This document shows, one piece after another, positions 1 to 12,936 of a stretch of 64,000 nt of DNA. The translations under genes were made by a program, and so were the position numbers. Under the pieces are notes generated by a model. That model ran no database searches. It was not told the DNA's origin and saw only the letters and a program-made list of their open reading frames with translations. The stretch comes from Octopus vulgaris. Taxonomy: Eukaryota. Positions within the stretch are counted from its first letter, which is position 1. Each line of letters begins with the position of its first letter. The stretch lies in NCBI GenBank assembly GCA_951406725.2, contig OX597824.1:59768001-59832000 (forward strand). Reading direction: 5' to 3'.

Positions 1-760
1 CGCTGTGCATAGACGCTCCAATAGGAGGAATAGTGTAGTCTACAATAGCAACCAAAGTATTGATTATCTTTTCCGAATATGTCATCTTGCTCGAGGATCC
101 GATGAAACTATTTGGAAAAACACTGGGAAGCCATGGAGTGCGATGAAGACTAGGAAATATCTCAGATCCTGTGAGAACAAATGGAATTGACAATTGACGG
201 GCAATTATTGTAAGACAATTTGTCGGAAATAGTCCATTAATAACAGCTAAACTGGCATTAACCGCTCGCAGTGATTCGATCCATTTCTCATCCTTCAGAA
301 TTCTATCACATATCAGAGGAATTAAAGTCAAAACCCTTCTTATCACATATATTCGTTTTGATACTATTTTCTGCTGCGCTTCAGAAAAGGTTTTACTGAA
401 TTCTGTGATCTCGTCCATTGGAAGGATATTTATGTTTTGTTCATTTTGGAAAGTTTTAGTGAGTTTTGTATTTAATATAAAATAGTTATTGTGTCCATAC
501 TTTGATAATTCGTTTGCTATAGAAATCATTGGATGTACGTGACTATAAAAAGGCCATGATAAGTATAGAATATTTTTACTATTAACTATCGGTAAAAACA
601 AAACAGTGTATAGCGCCGGTATACTGATGAACAAATTCTTCATCATTATTTTCTGAAGATGTGACCTGAAAAAATAAACAGATTAAGTAAATGATTATAT
701 TGTGGTGTATTGAAATTTCATATGAAATCTATCTTATATTTTACTTGCATATATTTTACT

Positions 761-2230
761 ATGCGGGATGCTAACATCATTACGCTTTACAAAAACAAAG
801 GTGACCGTGGTGATTGTAACAATTACCGTGGAATATCTCTTCTAAGCACAGTTGGAAAGACCTTTGCTCGCGTTATCCTGTCCAGGCTACAATTGCTTGC
901 TTCTCGAGTTTATCGAGAATCGCAGTGTGGTTTTAGAAGAAGCAGATCAACTATTGCCATATTCTCCATACGCCAACTTCAGGAGAGGTCCAGAGAGCAG
1001 AAAATGCCATTATATATGACCTTCATTGATCTCACAAAGGCCTTTGACTTGGTAAGTAGAAAAGGCCCCTTCATCCTGCTCCAAAAAATCGGATGTCCAC
1101 CAAAGCTGCTGAGGATCATCAAATCTTTCCATGATGATATGCAAGGCACCATACAGCACAATGGTTCAACATCAGCCGCCTTCCAAATAAAAAACGGGGT
1201 AAAGCAAGGTTGTGTCCTTGCTCCTACACTATTTGGCATCTTCTCGATGCTGCTGTCACATGCCTTTGAGACATCAGATGATGGAATGTTTCTGCACAGT
1301 ACAAGTGATGGGAAACTGTTCAATCTCACGCGTCTGCGTGCCAAGACCAAAATCAGCAGCGTCCTGATCAAGGAGATGCTATTTGCTGATGATGCCGCTC
1401 TGGTATCACACACAGAAGAAGCCCTACAAAGGCCCATCAACTGTTTTGAGCAAGCATGTAGCGACTTTGGCTTAGTTATCAGCCTCAAGAAGACCAACAT
1501 AATGGGTCAGGCTACATCGGACATCCCAAATATACATATTGGAGACCATAGACTACATGATGTGGAGAAGCTTACCTATCTTGGCTCTACCGTCACCTAC
1601 AACCTATCCCTTGATGCTGAGCTCAATATACGCATTGGCAAGGCAGCTGCTGCGATGGCCCAACTCTCCAAACGGGCATGGGACAATAATAAGCTGACCA
1701 AGACCACAAAAATGAAGATTTACTAGGCATGTGTACTTAGCACTCTATTGTATGGAAGTGAGACTTGGACGCTATTCACACGCCAAGAGCGTCGCCTAAA
1801 TATCTTTCACCTGCGCTGCCTCCGGAAAATCCTTCGCATCAAATGGCAGAATCATGTCCCCAACAAAGATGTCCTCAAGCTAACAGGAATACCAAGCATG
1901 TTTGCACTCCTCATGCAAAGACGTATGAAATGGCTTGGCCATGTTAGCCGTATGGAAGATGGCAGAATCCCCAAGGACATACTCTACGGAGAGCTTACTA
2001 GGGGCACTAGGTCTGTGGGAAGACCGTTCTTACGATACAAGGGTGTTTGCAAAGGGGACATGAAGACCTGCAACATCAATATTACCAACTGGGAAGCAGT
2101 TGCCAGCAACCGTGGAGATTGGCGACGTACCATAAAAGAGGGAACACAAAGGGGTGACAGAGAGAGAGAAAGGAGAAATGGAAAGACAAGAAAAGACGTC
2201 AACAAGAAACTATGACATTACAACCAGCCA
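761..2230 (+). mobile_element. 5'-truncated RTE-clade LINE, reverse transcriptase and C-terminus
   Basis: Motifs NYRGISLLS, QCGFR, FIDLTKAFD, GVKQGCVLAPTLF, LFADD, YGSETW, WLGHVSRM. ORFs 710-1726 and 1748-2215 are in the same frame, split by one TAG at 1724-1726. Followed by (TA)n. Confidence 0.93.
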
Positions 2231-2245
2231 TATATATATATATAC

Positions 2246-2285
<40 letters not shown>

Positions 2286-2344
2286 GCATATATATATGCT
2301 TATATGTATGCATATATATACATATATATATAAAGCCAAGGATT

Positions 2345-2914
2345 GATTGTCATTGACAACTTGACCAGCTACAAAGAGATCAACAAAGTTTTTTCTGCTT
2401 TCTCTCCATTTTCCTCCTTAACACATCTTTCAGATACAAAAACACACGCACACACACACATACACACACGCGCGCGCACATATACACACGCACACTCTCT
2501 CACAAGACAATGATAAAAAGGAAATACAAGCAATTTATTGAAAAGTGACATTTTGCCCCCCTTGAAGTAAAAAGCTGGATTTACAATCACTGTAAGCCAA
2601 GAATTATTATTGACAAACCGACCGACTGCAAAGATATCAACAAATTTTCTCTCCTTCTTCCTTTCCTTCTTTTTCTTTAACACCTCTTTCAGATACAAAC
2701 ACACACACACACACATACACACACTCTATCTCACAAGACAATGATAAAAAGGAAATCCAGACAATTTTTTGTAAAGTGACATTGAAGTAAATAGTCGATT
2801 ATTATTGACAACCCGACCAGCTGCAAAGAGATCAACAAATTCTTTTCTTCTTTCTCTCCCTTTTCTTCCTTTCCTTCTTTTTCTTTAACACTTCCTTCAG
2901 ATACAAAACACAAA

Positions 2915-2954
<40 letters not shown>

Positions 2955-2960
2955 CGCTCT
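2345..2960. repeat. Three diverged tandem copies (~200-260 bp unit) each containing a (CA)n tract
   Basis: TTGACAA..GACC..CT.CAAAGA.ATCAACAAA recurs at ~2353, ~2610 and ~2805, each followed by TTCAGATACAAA(CA)n. Confidence 0.8.
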
Positions 2961-3395
2961 CTCACTTTCTCTCCATTCATCACCCTCTTGTACTATCTTA
3001 TATCTCTCCCCACCACTACATACTCAAGAACACTATAAAAAGAGTAAAGATTCCTGCAAGAACTTAGTTCAATATGACGACTCCATTATAATGGACGAAA
3101 GCGCTAATATATGATATATGATATATGATGTATAAAAACATGTAACATACAAATAAATATCTGTAAATATAAAACCATCCGAATTTCTGAGTACCTCATT
3201 TTTTCTACTATAAAATACCTGTACATTATCTCCAAACCTTCTAATATAAATATATACATCTAGACAAGCTGCTTTCCGGGATCCCAGATGAACCCACTGC
3301 AAGGTACGAAGGTAACCTAAGGGCAGCAGCTACAAACTCTCTCTTAGATCAGTGGCCAGCCACGGCAAACTGGACTTAGAGAGGGTAGCAACAAG

Positions 3396-3460
3396 GGCGG
3401 TGCCCCAGCATGGCCTCAGCCGGATGGCTGAAACAAGTAAAAGAGTAAAAGAGTAAAAGA
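3396..3460 (+). mobile_element. Isolated LINE/SINE 3' tail
   Basis: GGCGGTGCCCCAGCATGGCC..CAGCCGGATGGCTGAAACAAGTAAAAGAG, the same tail as the CR1/L2-like LINEs and SINEs in this window. Confidence 0.75.
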
Positions 3461-3654
3461 GTATATATATACATATATACACATATATATATATATACAT
3501 ATATATATTTATATATATATATATATATATACATATATATATACATATGTGCATATATATGTATGTATGTATACGCATATATGTGTATATATATGCATAT
3601 ACATATACATGCATATATATATATATATATATATATATTTATGCATATATGTAT

Positions 3655-3825
3655 ATTATAATAATTATTATTATTATTGTTATTATTATTATTATTATTA
3701 TTGTTGTTATTATTACTATTATTATTAATATTATTATTTTTATTATTATTATGATTATTATGATTATATTTATTTTTATTATTATTATGATTATTATGAT
3801 TATATTTATTTTTATTATTATTATG

Positions 3826-3880
<55 letters not shown>
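3655..3880. repeat. (ATT)n microsatellite
   Basis: Direct reading; explains the poly-I and poly-N ORFs. Confidence 0.97.
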
Positions 3881-3881
<1 letters not shown>

Positions 3882-4560
3882 GAAGTTGCATAGCATTACC
3901 TTTAATTCATTTAATATGTAGGCAGCTTTACATAGACCTACACATATTTCAACTGCACCGATTAGTAACCGTTGCAATTGCAACCTTACTATAATAGTGG
4001 TACAAATTTTTCAGGGTCTTCAAGAGGAGACTTGCAAATTATTTGAGCTCATTTAAAGATAATAATGAAAGATTCCAAACAAGTCTTAGCAAATTAATTT
4101 GGTCTATTAAAGAGATATACAATCGATTGGGAATTAATTTGAACTGCAAAACCACAGATCTGGCACTACAAAATGTGAACTATGTTTAGCAGAATTTTAC
4201 AAAATGTAACAAATTCTAGACAAGAAAAGCTTTGAGATGTTTGCACATGAGAAAATTTACATTTGCCCAGTATATATGGATAATAAACATTCAAACAACA
4301 GAATGGTTTGAAATAATGGACTCAAAGCTTGAAATGGAGATTGTTCGCGTCTAACTTAACGGACACACCTACATCATACAACGCAGAGTAGATAAACGAA
4401 AAACTTTAAACAGTTAAATCGAATGATATTAAGACTTTGAAGAAACTGCACCGGTATTATAGCAGAGTTGCAATTGCAATGGTTATTAATGGGTGCAGTT
4501 GAAATATGTGTATATATATTAAAAGAATTAAATGTAATGCTATGCAACTTCGTAATAATC
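3874..4560 (+). mobile_element. PLE GIY-YIG endonuclease remnant (4019-4290) bracketed by ~110 bp inverted repeats
   Basis: Manual translation FKRRLANYLSSFKDNNERFQTSLSKLIWSIKE..IDWELI..KCELCLAE..RCLHMRKF. 3874-3995 is the reverse complement of ~4455-4560. Confidence 0.75.
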
Positions 4561-5189
4561 CTCATCATTAAAATATTAATATACTAACTTTTGTTTTTTT
4601 CTTTTACATTCGTACGTAACTGTGGTGCGTGTTACACAGCAAATGAAAAGGTAAAACGGTTGAAGGGAGTGGTACAAAGAAAAAGATAAATAAAAGGTGT
4701 TAAGCAGAAGAGGTATAGTTCAAGTGAATGGCAAAGCGGGAGAGAGGAGAGACAGAGAGGAAGTGAAAGAGAAAAAGAGAGAGAGAGAGGTGACCGAAAG
4801 GAAGATGGGTTCCTTTTTTGTTTTTAAATGTTTATCAGTACTTTCAGAGTAGAATGACACATACATCGAAAGAAAAGTAGATACATAGATCGAAAGAAAA
4901 GTAGATAATAGACACATTGTTAAATCCAAGACAAATAACTACAGCAAATATTTGATGTCATTTTCAATTTTCATTACCGCACGTGCATGTGACTGAGTGC
5001 TCCACAGACATGCATACTATTAACGTAATTCTCAGGGAGATTCAGCATCACAGAGAAGTTAAGGAGATAGACAAAAAACATGCTGTCTCACTCCAGCATA
5101 GAAGTCTATCTCCTTAACTTCTTAGAGATTTTAGGTATAATTATACTAATGTGTCCATCTGTTTTAATTTAATTAAATTCTGTGTCTTT

Positions 5190-5277
5190 GTACAGCTGAA
5201 GATTGCTCTGCTTTTAAATTGATGTAATGATTGCATTGTACAATCAAATAGAGTTGCATGAAGCGATCGTACTGCAC
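5190..5277 (+). ncRNA. Type I hammerhead ribozyme motif with long helix II (degenerate)
   Basis: GTACAG-CTGAAGA-TTGC..~50 nt..GCAT-GAAG-CGATCG-TA-CTGCAC; palindromic helix III; A15.1 changed to G; (TA)n 35 bp downstream. Confidence 0.65.
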
Positions 5278-5339
5278 TACCTCTGGATATCCTTGCTTCT
5301 TATTTTGATTTTATATATATATATATATATATATACATA

Positions 5340-5547
5340 TCTTCTACTTGTTTCAGTCATAAGGCTGCGGCCATGCTGGGACACCACCTTGAAGAATTTT
5401 TAGTCGAATGTATTAACCCCAGTACTTACTTTTTATAAGCCTGGTACTTATTCTATCGATATCTTTTGCCAAACTGGTAAGTTGCGGTGACATAAGAACA
5501 CCAGCACCAGTTGTCAAGCGATGGTGGTAGCGGTTAGAACACAAGCA

Positions 5548-5585
<38 letters not shown>

Positions 5586-5590
5586 CATAC
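5340..5590 (-). mobile_element. SINE 3' half with LINE-like tail
   Basis: Similar to 26081-26470 (cttgacaac..ggtg..taagtaccaggctt..ggtggtgtcccagcatggccgcag..tgactgaaacaagta). Confidence 0.8.
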
Positions 5591-5829
5591 ATTCATACAG
5601 GTATGTGTATTTGAGGGCAGCTAATAAACTTGCTAATAATATATAAAACAACATACACATATAACACACATAGCATATAAACATATACACATATACAAAC
5701 ATATTCATACACAACACATACACACACATACACAGATATAAACATAATCATTCACAGTACTCACACATACAAACATATTCATACACAACATACATACACA
5801 GCACACAAATACAAATATATACTTATGGA

Positions 5830-6213
5830 TGGAAGCACTCCGTCGGTTACGACGACGAGGGTTCCGGTTGATCCGGATCAACGGAACAGCCTGCTCATGA
5901 AATTAAAGTGTAAGTGGCTGAGCACTCCACAGACACGTGTACCCTTAACGTAGTTCTCGGGGATATTCAGTGTGACACAGAGAGTGACGAGGCCGGCCCT
6001 TTGAAATACAGGTACAACAGAAACAGGAAGTAAGAGTGAGAGAAAGTTGTGGTGAAAGAGTACAGCAGGGATCGCCACCATCCCCTGCCGGAGCCTCGTG
6101 GAGCTTTAGGTGTTTTCGCTCAATAAACACTCACAATGCCCGGTCTGGGAATCGAAACCGCGATCCTATGACCGCGAGTCCGCTGCCCTAACCACTGGGC
6201 CATTGTGCCTCCA
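5830..6213 (-). mobile_element. Full-length tRNA-derived SINE
   Basis: Pol III A box TGGCCCAGTGG and B box GTTTCGATTCC; 3' half shared with the SINE at 27032-27350. Confidence 0.88.
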
Positions 6214-6231
6214 CATATACATATACACAAT

Positions 6232-6290
<59 letters not shown>

Positions 6291-6699
6291 TATACACAAC
6301 ACACACCAACTCACAGAAACATAAGCACAACATGTATGCAATGATATATTCGTACACAGTACACGCACGCACACACATAAACACATACTCATACACAACA
6401 TACATGCAAACACATACCCAACGCACGGAAACATGCGAGTATGATCTAGTTGCTGGTACTATGCTTTCGATACTTGTAGGTGCTTATGTAACCGCGAGCA
6501 GACGCAGGCGCCTTCTCTACGCTGCCATCCTTAACCAAGAGCAATATCAAGGGTGTAACCAATGACAGGAGAAAGTTCAACGCCGGTACTCAGCTGGTAC
6601 TTGTTTATAACCGAGTAGACTGAAGCAACGTGAAATAAAGTCAATAACTACAGATCTGTCCCCCGCCAGCCGACTTTGTTTCTTCATAATTTACTGAAA

Positions 6700-7245
6700 A
6701 TAGCAAACTAGCTCGTTAAGATCTCTATAACAGACGAAAGCAGTATCTATACTAAGAAGTAATGTTTATCGCTATCTAAAAATGGGTGTTCTCTAAGAAC
6801 AGGCGATACTGCTATTTTAGCCCCAGGAGGACGTCTCCTCCAGCTGGCTATTCAGTGCACTTCGCATTCGATATATTGCAAGCAGGGAGAGAACTCCCTG
6901 CTATTCAGAGTCTGAGACCAGTAGATCACGTGATTTCGACCACATTTTCAATGATGGATACTTGTCTACTAGACATAGAAGTAGTTCACCCCAGCTTGCG
7001 TTATATAGAAAAACAGTGTCACACAGCCACTAGTTTTGCAATTAGCAAACTAGTTCGTTACGAAAATCTCTATTAGAGAGGAAAGCAGTATTTATACGGA
7101 GAAGTAATGTTTATCGCCACCTAAACGTGGGTGTTCTATAAGAACAAAAGATACTGCTATTTTAACTCCAGGAGCACGCCTCCTCCAGCTGGTTATTCTC
7201 GCCTGCTAGATACGGCAGTAGTTCACCCCACCTGAAAATAGCAAT
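6700..7245. repeat. Diverged direct duplication (period ~343 bp)
   Basis: TAGCAAACTAG.TCGTTA...GAAAGCAGTAT.TATAC..AGAAGTAATGTTTATCGC...CTCCTCCAGCTGG.TATTC at ~6701 and ~7043. Confidence 0.75.
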
Positions 7246-7567
7246 TTTTTGTTTATGAAAGCTTCCAGAGATACATTTCAGATGGTGCAGATTACGTATA
7301 TAACGGAATTTGCTGTGAAACATTTTTTGAAAGCGAGGCGTTTTAGATAATTTACACACCTCAGCTTAGTTTGTCACACATTTGAGTTATGAGGAAACAA
7401 TGATAGAGGACATACATCTGTAGTTAAAATTAAGCGGGTTTGCAAATAATATTAAATACATACACAAAACAAAATTAAAAATTAAACTGGCCAGCATCAT
7501 GGATGATAAGTAACAAATCTCGGATAGCAGAAACTATCTGTTCGATCCTCTAGGAGCTCACAATAAG

Positions 7568-9440
7568 TTGATAAAAACCAATATTTGTGCGGGTAAAATG
7601 AAGTTTAGCAACGATAGGAATAAAGGAGAAAAAGTTGAAATTGAAAGTAATCATAATAAAAATGATAAGAATAGTGCTGATGTAGATACCATGGATGATA
7701 AGGATGTTAATGGATGTAGAGATGGTAGTAATAGGGATTATAAATGTGAACGAAATTATAAAGTTAGGTGTAAGTCAAATGAAGGTGAAAGTAAGTATGA
7801 AAATAAAAATATAAATTTAAATATAAATAAAAGCAGGAATAGCTTTGCTTATGGCAAACTAAACCAGACAACATATTGTAAGCCCACTTTTAATACCAAA
7901 TCTAGGATTCGTCAGGTTATTTGGTTCGCCCCTCCCTTTTCGCTAAAAGTGAGATGTCTACCAAGGTTATTCTTTAAATTTAAATTGTTGAAAGAAAATT
8001 TCCCAAAACATCATAAATATTACTCAATATGTAATAAATCCTCAATAAAGCTAGCTTATTCGGTCACTCCTAATCTCGGGTCTATTATCGCTTCAATGAA
8101 TAGGGATAAAATAAGATACCGTAATGATAGAAATGATGATAAAAATTTTGGTAAGAACAGTAAAACTGATAATGGGAAACTCATTAATGGCACTGATGAT
8201 GGTAGTAATAGAAATAGCGCACTTGTGAAATCGAATTTGAAGGAAGTATAAGAATGACTAATAAAACAAATGATAATATGAGTAATATTAATAAAATAAA
8301 TAAACCTGAAATTAGCATGAATGAAAGTACAAATAACACTGTGGATCCCAGTATTGGAAGGACAGAAGCAATCGGTATGCTGAATAATGCTAGACCCCAT
8401 AAAGGGCGAAAAAAGTGTAATTGTAGAGACCCTCTAGGACAGGGGTGGGCAAACTTTTTTGATCGCGGGCCGCACAGTGCGTCTTTGGAACCTTGGCGGG
8501 CCTCATTTATAAAAATCAAGTGAAAATATTGTGAATTACCGTACAGTTACGAAGTATCTGCATAGAAGTTGGGATTCATAAAAGCTCTCGGCGGGCCGCA
8601 TGAAAACCTATGGCGGGCCGCATGCGGCCCGCGGGCCGTAGTTTGCCCACCCCTGCTCTAGGATGTCCGATTAGCGGAAATTGTTGGCAGAAAAATGTTA
8701 TTTATAAATATAGCGTTGAAACGCAAAAAGGCCAAAAAAAATAGATATTGGTAGTTCGATGGACTTAAAGCAGAGGTACCGATGCCATGTGAGTTATTTT
8801 AACAATCCTAAATATAGGACATCTACGGCATTGGCATCATATGTAAATGACCTTAAAGAAAGGAATGTTGCATTCAGATTATCATGGTCTATCCTTGCAC
8901 ACGCTTCCCCGTATGGAACAGGAGCCACGAGATGCGGTTTGTGCACCAGAGGAAGCATACTTTATATTAAAAAAATATTATCATGCTATGTTGAATAAAT
9001 TCACTGATGCAATACCAGCATGTACACATAGGATCCACTCTACGTTCTTGAAGAAATTTTAAAATAAAAATTAAAATTAAAATAAAAATTAGAAATAATA
9101 ATGATAATTAAAATAATAATTAAAATATAATTAAAGCATAATATAATAACAATAGGTATAATATAAAGTTGAATCAATGATTTGAACTTAGATAACTCAT
9201 TTCATTAAGACATAAAAACTTGGGAATAAAATTAAAGTGCAGTAATGGACATGCCCTTTACCATTGTTTTTGGAATATATGCTAATTATGTAACATTAGA
9301 TAAAGGTTAATTAGGGCAATGTCTTAACGGATTACAAATGGCTGGTATGTAATTGTATATTACTGTTTTTGTATAGTGTATGTAAAAAACATCCTGATGA
9401 GGGGAGTGTCAGTTTTGACAATATGAAATATATCGTATTA
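7568..9440 (+). mobile_element. Decayed PLE 3' part (thumb/linker, Cys knuckle, GIY-YIG) with Asn-rich inserts
   Basis: RQVIWFAPPFS, IKLAYSVTPNL, CNCRDPLG-[MITE]-CPISGNC..NVIY, DLKQRYRCH..TSTALASY..LSWSIL..CGLC. Confidence 0.8.
8440..8655. mobile_element. hAT-type MITE (216 bp)
   Basis: TIRs CAGGGGTGGGCAAACT/AGTTTGCCCACCCCTG; perfect 8-bp TSD CTCTAGGA (8432-8439, 8656-8663). Confidence 0.93.
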
Positions 9441-9484
9441 CTTGGCACTCTAAATTTTTTAATTTTTGTGTTATTTTTCGGAGG

Positions 9485-11211
9485 TATTCTGTATTCTGGG
9501 AATGCAATCTGTTGTCGATGCAGATTGCATTTGCGTCTGAGTGATAATCCTGTGGACCCTACGTAGTTTTGGTGGCAGCCTGAGCATCTTATGACATAAA
9601 TTATGTTTTCAGAAGCACAAGTAAAATTAGATCTGATCTTGAATTTTTGTACCTCTTTGAAAAGGAATTCTGATCCTTCTAGAAGATTTGAGCATGTTGC
9701 GTAGTTTGGTCTACCACACTTTTTTACTTTTGCATCCATAATTTCAGAAAACAATTTTGCTTTTGAAAGAATCTTTTTTAGTGATTTAGGTTGTTTGTAG
9801 CTTTTAATGATTTTATGTATGTTTCGAATTTCCTTTAAATTGGGGTCCTTATGAAGTATTGGTAAATTCTGGGTGATGATGGTGAAGGCTTCTTTGTTTC
9901 TGGGGTTGTATGTGGATATGTAAGGCAGTATTTTCGGGGAAGGTGTGTTGTGTTTGAACTTTTCTCAAAGTTTCTATGTCGATTTCTGTTGCACGTCTGA
10001 TCCCATCCTCTATGAGTTGAACTGGGTAGTGTCTGTCAATTAGGATGTTTTTGAGTTCTTGTAGTCTAAAGTTCCTGGTATTTTGTTCTGACACTATTGT
10101 GCATATCCTTCTTGAAAGGGATGTTTGTTTTAGTGTGTCTTGGGTAACATGAAACAAAAAGTAGGTATTGTTTGGCATCTGTGGCTTTGTAAAATATGTC
10201 TGTTTCTATTTTTAGGTTAATTTTTTTAATCAGTATATCTAAGAATGGAAGTTCCTTTAGGTTGTACTTCACTGTGAACTGTATATTTGGGTTGATGCTG
10301 TTCAATAGGTTTTTGAATTTTAGGAGTTTATCTGTATTTTCATTCCAGAGTATAAAACAGTCGTCCAGGAATCTTTTCCAATTCTCTTTTATGTATTGAG
10401 AAAGGGGGTTTCCAAAGGTCGATAAAGATTCCTGGTATATAATTATATCCAGGTAGCCCATTGTTAGGTTCACAATGACTGGTGCTGCCCTTGTACCCAT
10501 AGCAATTCCGGATTTTTGACGGTAAAACGTATTGTCAAACATGAAGTGGTTATTTTGTAGGATGAATTCAACCGATTTAGTATTGAATTCTTTACTGATC
10601 CTTTTTGGTATTTCTTCCGGAAATTGGTCCAGCCAGAACTGTATTGCCTCTAGTCCATAATTATGAGGTATACTGGTATATAAATTAACTACATCAAATG
10701 AAACCATGATTGTTTCTTCCTTGATTTTTTTTGGAAGGTGCTTTAACATATCCAAGTCATCTCTGACACATATCGATGTGTTTAAGGAAGGGTTTCAGGA
10801 GGATGTCCATAAATAGACTTAGTCTGTGTGTTTCACAGGCTGGGCCAGCTACAATGGGTCATAGGTTTAGGTCCCCCAGGTTAGGTGTGTGTATGTATGT
10901 CTTTGGTGAGTTTTTAATGGTTTCATTTATAATTTGGCTTTTGTGTATTTTTGGCAGACCAAAGTTTGTTAGAAAGTCAATCTCTTTGGTTGTCAGTTCC
11001 TTTTCATGGGTTTTAATTAGTGAGGATAGAGTTTTCATTATTTTTTGCGGGGTGTAGTTGGTGATTTTTTCATAATGTTGATTGTCATCAAGCAAGGAAA
11101 TTACTAGATTTCTATAGTATAATGTATCCATTATTACAACTGCACTTCCTTTCTCTGTTCCTTAATGGTTATATCTTCATCATTTTGAAGTTCTGTCAGT
11201 TCCTTCCATTG
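9485..11211 (-). mobile_element. PLE reverse transcriptase plus GIY-YIG, frameshifted
   Basis: GLPKIHK, SFDVVNLYTSIP, GIAMGTRAAP, RFLDDCF, LPFLDILI, FTCASENIIYVIRCSGCHQNYVG across overlapping minus-strand ORFs. Confidence 0.93.
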
Positions 11212-11415
11212 AACACATCCCCCACAGAGGAAGAAATAAAGATCTTGACGAGTTCTGCAGCCACATTCGGAACTTTCTCTACCATATTATACATAAACAG
11301 ACAGTTAACTCAAATTTTAGCACTGCACAATGGAAGGAACTGATAGAACTTCAAAATGATGAAGATATAACCATTTAGGAAGCAGACAAAGGAAGTGCAG
11401 TTGTAATAATGGATA
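11212..11415 (+). mobile_element. Inverted upstream segment of the same PLE ORF
   Basis: Reads GRNKDLDEFC..NSNFSTAQWKELIELQNDEDITI*EADKGSAVVIMD; 11328-11415 is the reverse complement of 11125-11211. Confidence 0.85.
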
Positions 11416-11417
11416 AA

Positions 11418-11486
11418 TGCGGCCCCAGACATCTAAGGGCATGTCCGGGGCCGCACGCGTGTTACACTGGAGGTATCAGCGTGTGT
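11418..11486. pseudogene. 18S rRNA snippet arranged as a fold-back
   Basis: 11441-11486 ATGTCCGGGGCCGCACGCGTGTTACACTG..TCAGCGTGTG resembles the conserved eukaryotic SSU segment ATGCCCTTAGATGTCCGGGGCYGCACGCGCGCTACACTG. 11418-11442 is the antisense of ATGCCCTTAGATGTCTGGGGCCGCA. Confidence 0.8.
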
Positions 11487-11633
11487 CCCTTAATATTTGA
11501 TATTCAGTATTTCATCTATTCAATAAGACAATCAATACTTCATTTCATTTTACTATATATACTATTTATACTATATATTCTATATTCTACATTAATATTA
11601 TAAAGAATATAAATAAAACATGGAATTCCTTCG

Positions 11634-11722
<89 letters not shown>

Positions 11723-12810
11723 CCTTAAATCCTTTAAAATGTTTCAGCCCGAACGCTGCGGCCATGCTGGGGCACCACCGCTGAATGAGCTACACTAATA
11801 TGTGAATCCACCTCTGATACGTGGCACTCGGTCAACAAGGGAATTCAATGCCGCTGCCCGCATCTGTGTATCTTGTCGTGAGGTAGGTTCATCTGGAACT
11901 CCCGACAAGAAGAGATCCAGTTTAGTTTTAAAGAAACCCACATCCACACCACGCAAGTCTCTCAGGCATTTAGGGAGGATGTTGAAGAGCTGTGGTCCTC
12001 TGAAACCCAAACTGTTGAAGTATCTGGTCCTGTATTTTGAAGGGTGATGTTGGAATCTTTGGCACCATGCAGTGGCGCCCCGTTCTGCGGTTGGGGTAAC
12101 TTTGAATGCCAAAGTTTGGGACAAGACCCTCCAGGATTTTCCAGATGTATATCACCGCATATCTCTCCCGCCTTCGCTCTAGGGAGAAGAGTTTTAATAC
12201 TTTCAGTCTTTCCCAGTAGCTGATATGTTGCATTGAGACGATCTTCTTTGTGTAGCTACTTGAATTGCTTCGAGTTCTGCCGTTAGTTTCATATTGTGTG
12301 GTGACCACAGTTGGGAGCAGTAGTCCAAGCGGCTGAGGACAAAAGTTTTCCACAAGATCATCAGTGTCTCCTTCTCTCTTGTTCTGAAAATTCGGAGAAT
12401 CCATCCAGCTAGCCGTCTGCATTTTATCACCAAATTAGTAATATGCACTTGGAAAGATGCATCATTGCTCATGTCAATGCCCAGGTCACACACTGATTTT
12501 GACTCAGGGATTGCAATTCTTCCCGGGCCAGTGTATCCAGTCTGCATGTTGTTTACTTTTGTGTGCCAGTAGCACAGGGCCTGGAACTTACCTGCATTAA
12601 ACTGCATGTTGTTGTCCTCAGCCCACCTGTATATTGTATCCAACTCCTGTTGCAGATGTGCAATATTTCCAGGGTTTTGTATTGTGTGGGAGACTTTTGT
12701 GTCATCTGCATAGCTAGCAAGGGTAGCCATCTTAGTAACAGAGGGCATGTCTGAAAGGGCCACTATGAACAGCAGTGGCCCCAAGACAGTGCCCTGTAGA
12801 ACACCGCTTG
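11723..12810 (-). mobile_element. 5'-truncated CR1/L2-group LINE with 3' tail, abutting (TA)n
   Basis: QGTVLGPLLF, SYADDTK, LDYCSQLWSP, SLERRRERY; tail GGTGCCCCAGCATGGCCGCAGC..GCTGAAAC. Confidence 0.9.
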
Positions 12811-12936
12811 TTATTTGTGTTTCCTTGTGTACGTATTTTTCTTTTTTAATTTCTTATATATATATTACAACTCATGACGTGGGGATAATCGAAATTCCCC
12901 CTTTCTGTTACTACTTATATATATATATATATATAT

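Noticed and set aside
624-735. CTGATGA and CTGAAGA..TCATATGAAA hammerhead candidates
   Set aside because: The first lies in a simple hairpin and the second lacks helix I.
6140-6213. tRNA gene-like sequence (also 27032-27100 and 26400-26470)
   Set aside because: SINE heads: A/B boxes run into SINE bodies without a proper acceptor stem or terminator.
9390-9440. CTGATGA..GAAA-TATA-TC hammerhead candidate after a PLE
   Set aside because: Position fits, but helices I and II do not pair convincingly; at most a decayed relic.
11418-11486. Functional rRNA gene
   Set aside because: Only ~70 bp, rearranged and mutated.
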